From Octopus vulgaris (Eukaryota): 64,000 nt of DNA. The notes beneath the pieces were generated by a model. The model was not told the origin of the DNA, did no database searches, and was given only the letters and a program-made list of their open reading frames with translations. The stretch spans positions 157,542,001 to 157,606,000 of the forward strand of contig OX597817.1 in assembly GCA_951406725.2 (NCBI GenBank). The letters are read 5' to 3'. A program made the position numbers and the translations under genes. This document shows positions 12,437-29,389 of this stretch, in pieces (within the stretch, counting starts at the first letter, position 1; each line of letters opens with the position of its first letter).

Positions 12437-14360
12437 CACATACATACACACATACACAAGCATCTATAAACATGCACGCACATACACATAAACAAATATG
12501 TATGCACATACATACATGAGTCTGAATGTTACTTTCTCAATTGCATAAAACTGAAAATTAGATATTATTTCTTGCAGTATATTCTTCCTTCTTAAGCATT
12601 CTCAAAAAAACAAAAAACAAAAAAAAAAATACAGCATAAACAATGGAGAAGAATTAGAAACCCCAAAAATATAACTAAATATTAAATAAACAACAAACAA
12701 TACAACAAAAACAAATATAACAATAAAAAATAAAGAAAAAGTGTTCATCTATAATTTTTTTTTTTTCTTTTGAATTTCTTTTCTTTTTGTTGTACTCAAA
12801 ACATTTTGCTTGATAAGAAAACATCCTTGATATGTGGGGGTTCTGATGAATAAAAAGTAAAAGACAAACAGAAAGGGCATTTAAATTCTTTAAAAAGGAA
12901 CAGAAAGACCAAATAATTGGCGTGTACTCTCAGCAGTAGGAAGAACAGAAGTAGCTATCCATGAAATTAAATTCAACAGTTCATTACAAACATGACTGTA
13001 TAGAAAGCACCAGATATTAGAATAGACAAGGTGCTGTACAGATTTTAATTACACACGCAGTGTATATATACTCATATAGAACGCATACACATGCATGCAT
13101 ATGTATTGATGTATGTATATATTGGTTTCAAATTTGGACACAAGGCCAGCAATTTCGGGAGAGGGGGTAAGCCGATTAATATCAACCCCACTGCTCAACT
13201 GGTACTTATTTTATCAACCCTGGCGGAATTTGAACTCAGAACATAAAGATGGATGAAATATCGTTAAGCATTCCGCCTGGCTTGCTAATGATTCTGCCAG
13301 CTTGCCACCTTTATATATATATATATATATGTTGAGGCGCATGGCTTAGTGGTTAGGGTGTCAGCATCATGATCGTAAGATTGTGGTTTCGATTCTTGGA
13401 CTGGGTGACGCGTTTTGTTCTTGGGCAAAACACTTCATTTCATGTTGCTCCAGTCCGCTCAGCTGGCAAAAGTGAGTAATGTTGCGATGGACTGGTGTCC
13501 CGTCCAGCTGTGGAACACATACGCCATTGAAACTGGGAAACCAGGCTCAAGAGCCTGGCTAGGCTTTAAAAGGGTGCATTTATTATTTATATATATATAT
13601 ATATATACATACATATATATGCACATGCATGCATACATAGATACACACACACACACACATAGATATATACAAATTAAATACATACACATACATATGTATA
13701 TAAACATGTATATCTATATCTATATATATATGTGTGATATATGTGTGTGTGTGTGCACATATACATATATATGTACACATATACACACATGCACATACGT
13801 GTACACACACTAAGAAAAAATAAGGTCAAAGAAACATTATGTAACAAAAGAGAACTGCTGTCTGCAATTGAGGCACAAAACACAAATGAAAATGTTTGAA
13901 ATGAAAGAGTGTGTGTAGGTATTCATTGTACATTAGCCACTGCAGTGAACAACTTCGCCAAGTCTATCACTGTGTAGGTGATTCAAGAAAGATGCTACAA
14001 CAATTAATTTTGTAGCTCTGCAATAAAAAGGCTACCGATGAAAACAGTGTCCACTTTTCATTGATGCACTGCCATTACCGTTTTGCATGAAAATGGATAT
14101 TTCTCGTTAATCTGTCAACATACTATTTCAATTCCAGTATTTTCATTTTGATCTCATAACCGACAAGACAGAAGATAAGAGGGAGGACGTGTTATTAAGT
14201 GTCAGCAACAAATTTATAAAATTCATGATATATTACCTGCATGCATATCACTAGACATGGTCTCCATCTATTCACTATGGTGCAGGCTTTGAACTTAGAT
14301 TTTTTGCCAAGAATAATTCTTGGAATCAAAAAATTAAAGTACCAAAAAAAAAAAAAACTA

Positions 14361-14546
14361 AGGGAAATAACTCAAAAGACCCATTGACATAAAATCAGAT
14401 CATTTAGAGAGAGATGGTGGTGTTGTACACAATGCCATACTCAGAAGAAAAAAAAATAATAACCGAGGGAAATAACTCAAAAGACCCAATGACATGAACT
14501 TGGATAATTTAGAGAGAGATGGTGGTGTTGTATACAATGCCATACT
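14361..14546. repeat. Local tandem duplication (~81-bp core, 105-bp period)
   Basis: agggaaataactcaaaagaccca..tttagagagagatggtggtgttgta.acaatgccatact at 14361-14441 and 14466-14546. Confidence 0.85.
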
Positions 14547-15055
14547 TTGAAATTATTGAAATTCCTCTCAAAGTTGTAAGAGGGGGAAAAAGAAGAAAGG
14601 AAAAAAAGTTAGTGGCAATTGTTAGCAACTTCCAAAGACAAAATAACAGAAAATTCCAAGACATAAAGAATGAATTTTCAAGGGAATTTACATGATGTTT
14701 CGAAGGACAAGGTGATCTTTCATTACACACACACACATATATATGCAAGCACACACACACACACACACACGTTTATGTACATACATTTAAATACATAAAC
14801 ACATACACATATATACATCCGTTTGACTACTGGCACAAGACCAGAAATATATTGGGGATGAGGGTTAGTTGATTTCATTGACCCCAGTACCTGACTGGTA
14901 CTTGTTTTATTGACCTTGAGATGACAAAAGGCAAAATCTACCTCAGTGGAATTTGAACTCAGAATGTAAGGCCGGAAGAAATGCAGTCAGCATTTTGTAC
15001 ACACACACAGAAGAAGATACATATATAAACATTATATACATGCACACAGAATATA

Positions 15056-15289
15056 TATTTCTTTACTACCCACAAGGGGCTAAACACAGAGGGGATAAAC
15101 AAGGACAGGCAAAGGGATTAAGTCGATTACATCGACCCCAGTGCGTAACTGGTACTTGATTTATCGACCTCGAAAGGATGAAAGGCAAAGTCGACCTCGG
15201 CGGAATTTGAACTCAGAACTTTAACGGCAGACGAAATACGGCTAAGCATTTCGCCCGGCGTGCTAACGTTTCTGCCAGCTCGCCGCCTT
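15056..15289 (-). mobile_element. tRNA-derived SINE, family B (representative copy)
   Basis: Head GGCGGCGAGCTGGCAGAAACGTTAG..GAGTTCAAATTCC. Other copies ~485-900(- tandem), 7245-7460, 13123-13310, 22070-22297, 28023-28315, 35151-35290(+), 37455-37680, 44280-44420(+), 54247-54480. Confidence 0.85.
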
Positions 15290-15759
15290 CTGCACACAGA
15301 ATATAGACAGTGACTGTGCATGCATATATATGTATATGTATATATGTATATACATGCGTGTGTGTGTAGATGTGTGTCTGCATATGTATGTGTGTATGTA
15401 TGTATTGAGATGCAACCCACATGCACTCACACACACAAACAACACACAAACAAACACAGGCATACAATGAAGGTAGTAGATCAGTGAAGCAATGAAGGAC
15501 AGAGCAAACAATATACTGATAAATTAATAGCAACATCAACAAACAATGAATGTGTGAATAAACAAATGGATGAGGAAATGATGAAATATAATAAAATAAC
15601 TGTCGACATGGTAACACACTATATGTATACATATGTATGTACATATATGTGTACATATACATATATGCACACACATCACCAAAAAGATATGAGTGTGTAT
15701 ATACTGATCCATACAACTACACATATTTGTGTACGTATATCCACAAATTCGTATATGTC

Positions 15760-15791
15760 TATATATATATATATATATATATGTCTATATT

Positions 15792-15843
<52 letters not shown>

Positions 15844-16026
15844 TTCATATATATATTTATATGCATATATATATATATATATATTTATTCATATATATAT
15901 TTATATGTATATATATATATATATATATATTTATTCATATATATATTTATATATGTATATGCTAGCATGGAGAACGGACGTTAAACGATGATGATGATGA
16001 TTTATATGTATATATATATATATGTA

Positions 16027-16084
<58 letters not shown>

Positions 16085-16152
16085 TATATGTATATATATA
16101 TATATATATTTATTCATATACATATATTTATATGTATATATATATATATTTA

Positions 16153-16200
<48 letters not shown>

Positions 16201-16250
16201 TTTATATATATATTATATATATACACATATACACATGTATATATTCATAT
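15760..16250. repeat. Compound TA-rich microsatellite
   Basis: Repeating TTTATTCATATATATATTTATATG units within (TA)n. Confidence 0.9.
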
Positions 16251-16695
16251 ATGCATATAACACAGATAAGTATGTGTGTGAATATAGACTACATATATAC
16301 AAGCACATAAATTTATATATACATGCATGCATGTGTGTAAATGTATATAGAATTTACACACATACATGCATATTATGAAAATACATATGCACACAGATAT
16401 ATGCGTATCATAAATACATATAAATATATATGCACATGTGTGTGACTATATATATACACATATTATATATATACATATATAAACACACACATTTTTACAG
16501 ACATATTACAAGTGCTTGGAAACTCAACTAGTTACAGTAGGTAAGGCTTACAATAATTACAAAGGGCAGTGGAACCCAAATGCCACCATTTTTAGCAGTG
16601 TCACCCTCTTTCCAACGATGTTTTACTTTAAAAAGTTTTTTGAACTGTCTCATGTGAAAAATCATTGTTGCAATGGTAGATGTATAAAGCTATGA

Positions 16696-16799
16696 TTATG
16701 TTGATGATGATGATGCTGATGATATTGATGCTGAATCTGCGTTGCTTCCACTTGTTGATGCAATGCTCGTAGTGTCCATTCTTGGTGGTTGGTCATCAT
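16696..16799 (-). CDS. PKI: PKI coding exon 2 (acidic, Ser-rich C-terminal tail and stop codon)
   Basis: Acceptor tttcattatctttcag at 16800-16801. Phase matches exon 1 (G|AT = Asp), giving DDDQPPRMDTTSIASTSGSNADSASISSASSSST*, with TAA at 16696-16698. The 85-aa total is typical PKI size. Exon joining is inferred; no transcript seen. Confidence 0.78.
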
Positions 16800-18818
16800 C
16801 TGAAAGATAATGAAACATTGATTATAAATGTGTGTACATAGAGGCATGCTTTAGTTCGTTGTGTATCTATCCTCGTTATTATTATTTAACGTCCATTTTT
16901 ACATGCTTGCAGGGGTTAGATGGAATTTTCTGGATGCTCTCTCTGTTGCCAACCCTCACCTGTTTCCATGTAGGGTAATATTTCCCCATGGCCAGATATG
17001 TTTTACATGGGAGGCTGGAAATGAATAGTATCACTTGTAAGATGGTAATGCATGCTCACAGCCATCACATCATGTCAGGACAGGGGTACACAAACACACA
17101 GACACGAGATGGGTTTCTTTTCAGTTTCCACTGACTAAATCCACTCACATGGCTTCGATAGCCTGGGGCTATAATGGGTTTCTTTTCGGTTTCTGTTGAC
17201 CATATCTACTCTCAAAGCTTTGGTCAGCCTGGGGCTATAATAAAAGACACTCGACCAAGGTGCCACATAGTAGCACGGAAACCAAGACCATGTGGTTAGG
17301 AAGTAATCTTCTTAACCATACAGCCATGGTTAAGAAGCTGACTTATAAAGGATGTATCAAATTTGATGACTGGCATCAGTGCTAGTGGGGTGCAAAGAGC
17401 ACTATACAAGTGTGATTGTTGACAGAGCGGCTAACCGGCTTCCATGCCAGTGGCACATAAAAGGCACCATTTGAGTGTGATCGTTACCAGCATCGCCTTA
17501 CTGGCACTTGTGCCCGTGCTAGTAGGGTGCGAAGAGCACCATGCGAGCGTGATCGTTGCCAGAGTGGCTAACTAGCTTCCATACCGGTGGCCCATAAAAG
17601 GGCACCATTCGAGTGGGATCGTTTCCAGCGTCACCTTACTGGCACCTGTGCTGGTGGTATGTGTAAAAAGATTCGAGTGAGGTCATTGCCAGTACCACCT
17701 GACTGGCCCCTGTGCCGGTGGCAAGTAAAAAGCACCCACTACACTCTCGGTGTGGTTGGCGTTAAGAAGGGCATCCAGCTGTAGAAACTCTGCCAGATCA
17801 AGATTGGAACCTGGTGCAGCCCACTGGTTTGCCAGTCCTCAGTCAAAATCGTCCAACCCATGCTAGCATGGAAAGCGGACGTTAAACGATGATGATGATG
17901 ATGTATGTTTTATGTTTTTTCCATTGTTGCTTCTAATGAATAAAGTGATATCTCTGAGCTTGAGTTTACTTCTATTCTGGAAGATGTGTTCTTTACAGAA
18001 TCAACAGAAGAGGGGGAAACAACACTTGGAAGACTCATTTGAAATGCTACAAAGGCATCTCCAAGTGAGCTTTTAATGTGTTTGTCATTAACAGTGATAC
18101 TAAGTGTAACAGGTCTCTGCCTGAATTTGAATCTGGAATCTTTTTTCAATTAGGAGAATTTAGGAAGCAGCAAAACAGGATTTTAAAAACTGACTGATGA
18201 CATCATGTAAAATCTAACAAATGACACCCAGCAACTTCACATCAAATTCTTTGACATCAGCAAAAATCTGACCAATGATTTTCTTTGTAATCAACAAAGA
18301 ATTCTTAGAGTCTGGTGAAAAGAACCCAAGGACATGATGACATCAACACAAATCTGCACAATTATTGGCAGCTAGAATTGGTGATAAAAAGTAGATAATC
18401 TTGTTGTTAACAGGGAGCTGATGCCTGCTGGCCAGTCCAGGAGATAAGATGTGATAGACAAGTAAAGAGAATAAAAGCTGATAGAGATGTGAGTGATGAA
18501 GCATGACTTCAACCGAAATTCTTCTGTCATCCAGATAATTTCGACAGATTCTGTTTTGAAAACCTGACTGTCAGCTGATGTGTATTCTAACATTTGCGAA
18601 CCATTTCAGTACATTAACATTCAACACCATATAGAAAAATCAACTCTTTCTCTAGTCTTCCTTTTTGGTCTACTAGACTGTTGCATTTGGGATGTCTTTC
18701 TAAAGTGACAATAAATATATGATGAAAAACTGATTTTGGCTCATGTTCATTCCATCAACTGTGGCTTACCAATTTACTGTTACATTAGAAAATGTTTATT
18801 TTAGACAGAATTAGGCAG

Positions 18819-19061
18819 AATGCTGCACCCAGTCAGTTTTAATACGACTAAGCATTTTTCCAAGAATCTACTTATCTCAGTGTGCTGTGATAGGATTCCA
18901 CGAAGAAATAAAGCTTTGTTGCCCAGTTACTTAGAAACAGGATCTCCAAGTAGTTAGACAACAAAGCTTTATTACTTCATGGAGTCCTATCACAGCACAT
19001 TGAGATAAGTAGGTTCTTGGAAAAATGCTTAGTCGTATTGAAACTGACTCGTTGCAGCATT
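18819..19061. repeat. Fold-back inverted repeat (~110-bp arms), MITE-like
   Basis: aatgctgca..aatacgactaagcatttttccaagaa..aaagctttgttg pairs with caacaaagcttt..ttcttggaaaaatgcttagtcgtatt..tgcagcatt. Confidence 0.85.
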
Positions 19062-19669
19062 TATTCCTGTGAAGTACAACAGAGAAGGTTTCTCTTCTGT
19101 ATGGCCCTTTTTAACTATAGTTATAGTTATAGTGGGGCAACCCCATAATCTTCTGAGAATTAAGATTGCCACAGACAGATCATCATCATCATCGTCGTTT
19201 AACGTCCGCTTTCCATGCTGGCATGGGTTGGACGGTTCAACTGGGGTCTGGGAAGCCAGAAGGCTGTGCCAGGCTCCAGTCTGACCTGGCAGTGTTTCTA
19301 CAGCCGATGCCCTTCCTAACGCCAACCACTCCGTGAGTGTAGTGGGTGCTTTTTACGTGCCAGACGACGCTGGCAAACGGCCACGATCGGATGGTGCTTT
19401 TTACGTGCCACCGGCACGGAGACCAGACGAAGCTGGCAACGGCCACGATCGGATGGTGCTTTTTACGTGCCACTGCCATGGAGACCAGATGAAGCTGGCA
19501 TCGGCCACGATCGGATGGTGCTTTTTACATGCCATCGGCACGGAGGCCAATAAAGCTCATGAAAAACCTTTCAAGTCAGAAGGGTTGAAAGAGATGAGTG
19601 AATGTGTTTGAAGTGTTTGGCACTAATCTACAAAAGAAAGAAATGGTGGAGAAGAGTGTTTCTCAAATA

Positions 19670-20320
19670 CAGGTTGTCATCAACTTACGACCACAAGTGG
19701 TTCCGACTGCCTAGTCGTAAGTCGATTTGGTTGTAAGTCGGCCTATAGGCCAACATATCTTTGTTTTATATTTCGTTACCAACCCGGCTGAAACTGACTC
19801 TGGCTCTGAGTACAAATTTCTTGCTTTCATAAGTTTTGAATTAAAATCTTCCACCAAACCTTGGTCACAATTTATGTTCCTATCACTAGCTTAATGATAA
19901 CTAAGTTATTTTACTAAATTCTTTCTTATATTTAAAGCAATTGAAAGAAATACAGAGCATCTCAAAATAAATACAGTAACGAAAGGGTTAAGATACATTC
20001 TCAGGTAATAGTCACACACAGCATTCTGTATTATACTGGTATTAGTCAAAGATTTCGGAGTCTCAAGTGGTCAGCTTATAAACAAATATGAGGTTGCCTT
20101 GATGTCTCTACGACGGGATATTCACCCAGCACTCAGGATAGTCAGTGGCAATCAATAACCAAGCCTAGGGGAAGCATTTGTTAGCTGACATCATCCATAG
20201 ATGAGTTAATTTCTAAGAAATAAAACTCATTAGATTTCAATTGGACTATTTATTATTGTTGCCAGGAGCTAGTGCCCTAATCATCATAAAGTCAATTGGT
20301 CGTAAGTCGATGATGACCTG
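19670..20320. mobile_element. Non-autonomous Tc1/pogo(Tigger)-like DNA transposon
   Basis: TIRs CAGGTTGTCATCAACTTACGACCA / TGGTCGTAAGTCGATGATGACCTG flanked by TA at 19668-19669 and 20321-20322. Confidence 0.75.
19770..19991. mobile_element. piggyBac-like MITE nested in the pogo-like element; degenerate relatives at ~10021-10540 and ~56271-56517
   Basis: Ends GTAACGAAAGGG|TTAA; the internal sequence (ttattttactaaattctt...) is shared among the three copies. Confidence 0.5.
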
Positions 20321-23300
20321 TAATGAGGTTTAAAGTTTTTGGAGAGATATGAATTCTGTGGGACAAAGAAGAGAAGTATGAACAATAATAGACTGGGGTC
20401 ATTTAGGAAAAAGACAGAGTGAAATAAGCATAAATGGATGAGACAGGGGGGCATATAATCATTAATGTGACAAGGATTTCTTTTAAGTTGATTGCCATCT
20501 CCTTGAAAGTCTAGGATAGCAATGATGGATGGAGGGTAAGCATGTACAAAACAGAGAAACAGTATTTCACAATGAGATATATTTAGATCTTCTGGATAAG
20601 CAAAAATTGTTATAGGACTTAAGTTTTTGAATTTCTGGGAAAGCCAAGTCTAGATATGTTTATCTAAATGTGGTCTGTGCTAAAGTGTCAGATAATCTGT
20701 TGTGAAATATACTTGAGGTTTGTCAGTCAACATTTACAAAAAAAAACATGAAGAATATAATATCTGTTTTTAAAAACATTAACACTATGGGGGAAATATC
20801 TGAAAGTGGTATATAAAGTGGAGTGGTATATAAAGTGGTATATAATGTGAAGTGGAGGTGGATAAAATCACTTGTTATTTAAATTACTCATCACAAGCAC
20901 TTCCCCGCAGACAGATAGGTTGTAAGGCTATCAGCTATTACTGTGAAGTATATCCTATTCCCAGTTCCATTCCCTAGAAATCTTATACAATTTACTGGAA
21001 GTGGTGGTTGGTGTTATCTTTAATAGGAATAAACACATATTTTGACATTATTCATCATTGTCAGACACCTACTAAATGTAAGAAGATGATGGGTAATAGG
21101 AACATCTAACTGAACCCACCATAGTATATGGCTGCTCCTCATATCGTCAACATTGGAAGGATGCAGAGTAAAAGCTGACCCAAGCAGAACTTGATCTGAG
21201 ATGGTGGTAGGGATGACCGAGCGAGGTCGTTGCCAGTGCTGCCTGACTGGCCCCTGTGCTGGTGGCACGTGAAAGCACCCACTACACTCTTGGAGTGGTT
21301 AGCATTAGGAAGGGCATCCAGCTGTAGAAACACTGCCAGATCAAGACTGGAGCCTGGTACAGCCATCTGGTTTGCTAGCCCAGGGTCAAACCGTCCAACC
21401 CATGCTAGCGTGGAAAGCGGATGTTAAACGACGACGACGACCACCACCATTTAATATCCATTTTCCACATTGGCATGGGTTGGGTGGTTTGACAGAGCTG
21501 GCAAGGCTAGGGCTGCACCAGGTTCCATGGTCTGTTTTGGCTTCATTTTTACAGCTGGATGCTCTTCCTAAAGTCCAACCCCTCCTCAAAGCGGCAGGGT
21601 GGTGTAAACGGGCAGTGTCAGAGCTATGCCATCGGGAACTTTGGTTCCTGGTAAGGCCACCCAAGGCGGATTGGTCTGGCACCGAGCAGTATTAGGGCCG
21701 CAGCCTGGCCAACGGGGTTCTGGTGAAAATTCCAAGAGGCGTCTGATTGGCAACCAGCGGCTTCGAGGTCATTCTGTACCTGCGTCTGTGGAAACGCCGC
21801 GGCAAACGGGGCATCCCGTCACTTGGGATATGCATGCGGGATGTCGGGGACCACTTGTGAATTCAATATTCCCACGAAACTTCTTCTATGAATCCTACTA
21901 CTAACGCCAATCACTTTACAGAATTACTGGGTGCTTTTTACATAGCACCATCACCAGTGCTTTTTACGGGGCACCACCACCAGTGCTTTTTACATGACAC
22001 CAGCACCAAGATCGGCATTTTATCATTCCTACTACAATCAACTTCAAAGCAGTTAATATTAGAAGTAATATTTATTTCTTTATTGCCTACAAGGGGCTAA
22101 ACATAGAGGGGACAAACAAGGACAGACAAAGGGATTAAGTCGATTACATCAACCCCAGTGTGTAACTGGTACTTAATTTATTGACCCCGAAAGGATGAAA
22201 GGCAAAGTCAACCTCGGTGGAATTTGAACTCAGAATGTAACAGCAGACGAAATATGGCTACGCATTGCGCCCAGCGTGCTAACGGTTCTGCCAGCTTAGA
22301 GGTTGGATTTAAAGCAAGCAGCGGATTTGAGACTTATATCAGTTACATAGTCCTGGCAATGGTTGGTGTTGAGAGAAGGTGACAGATGAATCTGAGTAAG
22401 TCATAGAGATTATGAATCTTTAGTGGGAAGAATAACAATTAATGAAATAGCAGATTAAAAGAATTAACGAGGAAGCTAGATACAGAGGATTAGTATTAGC
22501 AGTAATCATGAGAAAAATTTTCACTAGGTGATTTGCAAGCTACACAGAGTCAAAGACTATGCTATTATCAACAACGTCATGCCTGCTTAAAAAGCCATTT
22601 CCATAACATGAAAAAGTGTGGGAGTTGTAATCCGTTCATGGTGAAAGCATGTTTCTGTGTGTTTTTATATCATGAAGTTATTTACATTACAACAAGCTAC
22701 AAATCCTTTTACTGTTGAAATCAGATATATCCACTCAAAAAATTTCATTACCTTTAATTGCAGAAAGTGGTTTTACATATCACTCTATCTTTTGTTAAGG
22801 AAAGTCATGTCTGAAGCTATTTTTTTTTGTTGAGAAATGTCAAGTTTATTGAGGCAACGTGACTTGCAGAAAATACCTTTTTTTTTCTGTTTTTTGTTGA
22901 TTTTTTTTTTTGGTAGATATTTAACATCATTCTGGAATAACCATGAAATTTAATTTTTAGTTAAAAAAAAAGAAGAAAAGCATTTCCACTGAAGCAAAAG
23001 CCACAGATGTAGTAAGAACTGGTCCATTCCATTCATTCCAAACTTCCCACTTAACAGGCTCCGCTTATGATAAACTGTGTGTAACTCCCAAGAAATTTAA
23101 TTGTGATTCATTCCACTGTAATTAACTGAAAGCCTCAAGGTGATTTCTCTCTCAATGTGTATATATCTATGTGCATGTGTGTGTTACACAGGTATGCAAC
23201 TGTGTGCATGTGCATGTGAGGAATTATTTCTATAACAAGTTATCTTTATCAAACAAAAAAGAAGAAAAAAAGAATAACAGTCAAACATACACCTGAATTC

Positions 23301-23520
23301 TTTGAAGCTTAATTTAAGGTATTCATGAGAGAAAACAAATACAGAGAGGGATTCAAACAAAACAAGATGTCATGTGATAATTATAGATGAGTTCTAAATA
23401 TATTTAATCATGTGAGTTGTTGAAAACAAACCTTCTAAAAAGAATATATCTTGTGCAAACCTATTGTGACTTTATACGCATAAGATATTAAGTTTGCGCA
23501 CGCACACACAAACATTTAAA

Positions 23521-24130
<610 letters not shown>

Positions 24131-24554
24131 CATCAATGCTTAACACAATATAATATAATGAGTAAATGTTCATTTGATACAGTATTTATGTATAGACCAG
24201 TAATATACTATATTTTATAATGCCATATTAATATGACAGTACAACATATAATCAGTATGGCTAATATTCTATCATTTCATTCATCATCATCATCACTAAT
24301 GGTTTTCCATGCTGGGCATAACGGGTCTGGGAAAGGCTGCACCAGTATTGGCAGTAGCGACTTTCTACTTCCATCTGGTACCAGTGTTCTCTAGAATCCA
24401 CCTGTATTGGTTCATGTGCCACCGTTACCAGTACAAATCGGCCATCATTGAATGGTGCTTTTAAAAAAAAGACACCTGGCCCCATTTGTTTATTTGATGT
24501 ACTTGTCATATTCAAGTATAAGAGGTGCCATCTGTACTTGTAATATTATCAGCA

Positions 24555-26853
<2,299 letters not shown>

Positions 26854-27124
26854 GTAGATAAGCAGTGCAGAGAAGAATGCAATCCCTAGTGAGCAAAATA
26901 CACTATTCTTTTTTTCAATTTCCTATTATGAATATTCCATTTTATTTAGATTGCTAATGCCTATGATAAAGGTAAGAATATCTCCCTGTGTCTAACTCCC
27001 ACTCACCTACAGATATTGCCAGGCAAATAACATATGAGATAGCTATTGATTACTTAATTGAATACATATATATAAGTTTAGCATGGAAAAACAGGCATTA
27101 AATGAAATAATATATATATATATA

Positions 27125-27943
27125 TATTACTCAAAGAAATTCTAACTTCATCTGATTTTCATGTTTTATTTACAATCTTTTAATAATTGCGAAGCCCCGA
27201 CAAATAACGTGAGTTCATGGCTCTTTCCTGCACCAGCTTCACAAAGCAGCACCAGTCCATGCAAAGTACCTTGGATCGCAGGATGGCCTGCAAAGTACCT
27301 TGGATCGTAGGGCGACCTGCTGTGCTTGAGGAGACCTATTGAGTCAAGTACATCAAAATAAAAATCAAATGGAAATTGTAGTTGTGATACCTGTGCTGGT
27401 GGCACATAAAAAGCACCATCCGAACGTGGCCGATGCTAGCGTCGATTTGACTGGCTTCCGTGCCGGTGGCACATGAAAAGTACCAACTGATCATGGTCGT
27501 TGCCAGCCTTCCCTGGCATCTGAGCCAGAGGCACGTAAAAAGCACCCACTACACTAACGGAGTGGTTGGAGTTAGGAAGGGCATCCAGCTGTAGAAACAC
27601 TGCCAGATCAGACTGGAGTCTGGTGCAGCCTCCTGGCTTCCCAGACCCCGGTTGAACCATCCAACCCATGCTAGCATGGAAAACGGACGTTAAACGATGA
27701 TGATGATGATGAATGAAATGATAGAATATTAAATGGCCATTCTGATTGAACTTGTACTTTCACGCATTAAAATATGCATGTTATAAAGTGACTCAAAAGT
27801 GCCTAAACCTGATTGCATAGTTTAATGCATGAAAGTACTAGTTCAATCAGAATGGACATTTAATATTGTATCATTTCATTATATTATATTATTATAAGAT
27901 TGTAAATAAAATGTGAAAATCAGTGGAATTTCTTTGAGTAATA
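27125..27943. repeat. Fold-back element (~130-bp arms) with the left arm interrupted by a SINE
   Basis: 27125-27187 pairs with 27888-27943, and 27712-27778 pairs with 27814-27880; a SINE occupies ~27190-27710. Confidence 0.75.
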
Positions 27944-27969
27944 TCTTCTATATACAATCATACACACCC

Positions 27970-28010
<41 letters not shown>

Positions 28011-28990
28011 TAATTTATATTAAAGGTGGTGAGCTGGCAGAATTGTTAGCATGATGTATTTCGTCTGCTGCTATGTTCTGAGTTCAAATTCCGCAGGGGT
28101 TGACTTTATCTTTCATCCTTTCATCCTACTCTAGGCACAGGGCCTGAAATTTTGGGGGAGGGGGCCAGTCGATTAGATTGACCACAGTATGCAACTGATA
28201 CTTAATTTATTGACCCTGAAAGATGAAAGGCAAAGTCGACCTCGGTGGTATTTGATGAAATACTGCTAAGCATTTTGCCTGGCATGCTAATGATTCTACC
28301 AGCTTGCCGCCTTCATAACCAACAATACTGTTGTAGTAGGAAAGGTCAATGGTTGAAGCATAGAATCCACTATTATGAAAAACTGGCTATAATGGTCAGG
28401 ACATGTAGCAAATCATCAAGCTTCTCTTTTGCACCCATATGGTTTTGGGTTCAGGCCCACTGCATGGCTCCTTGGGCAAGTGTCGTCTACTATAGCTTTG
28501 GGCTGACCAATGCCTTGTCAGCAAATTTGGTAGACAGAAACTGTGTGGAAGCCCATCGTGTGTGTGTGTTTGTCACCACCACCACCACCACCACTTGACA
28601 ACCGGTGTTTGTTTCATTACATCCCAAATAAATTAGCCATTCACCAACAGAGGCTGACAGGATAAGTACCAGACTTACAAAAAGTACCAGCATTGATTTG
28701 TTTGACTAAACCCTTTAAGGCAGTGCTCCAGCATGGCCACAATCCGATGACTGAAACTAGTAAACAATAAAATACAAAACAAAAAGGATGTCCTATATGG
28801 CACAACAATGACCAGCAAAAGTTAAATCTCGAAACAGCCAGAATCTGAATGGGAACAAAAGTACGAGAAACTAAAACCTAGGATCAGTACCATTCTATTG
28901 TCATTGGAACTAACTGGTCCTTTTGAAGTAAAAAGGAAAACTTGAAGAAAAACATAAAAAGCACAAGATGCAACAACAACAGCCACTATG

Positions 28991-29389
28991 TCCTCTTTTA
29001 ACTATAAAGCTCAAGTTGTCTGTGTATGGCAGGTTTGGTGGCCTTCAACTAACACTATCTCCTCCGAGACCCTGCGGCACATATTGACCAAAATCGAGAG
29101 TATGATAGAAGAAGGCTTGCTCTTCCTTCCGTAGAAGAAAAAATTCCAATCAGACCATGTTAACACCAAAAATTATTTACATCAAAAAGGTGCTTTTTAT
29201 CTATGAAAATCCCTAATTTTTACGATTTTTTGACTGCTGTGTCGCCATTTTTCGGTGTATTTCAACCAGAAAAATGTTCACTTAAAGAGAATAACAAGCT
29301 ACATAGTGCAAAATCTTTATTTTTCAAAAATTCCAATTCTAAAGGGTCGAAAAGAAAACAAGCCTGAGCAACACCAGGCGATACTGCTA
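28991..29389 (+). mobile_element. Non-autonomous Helitron
   Basis: Very similar to 33571-33969; ends in a hairpin plus CTAG|T. Confidence 0.75.

Noticed and set aside
12843-12875. CTGATGA...GAAA spacing (similar cases near 32095-32110 on the minus strand and at 48680)
   Set aside because: No supporting stems I, II or III.
20400-21200. Possible decayed CR1/L2 LINE fragment (RPHL-like motif near 20670 on the minus strand)
   Set aside because: Too degenerate to support by eye.
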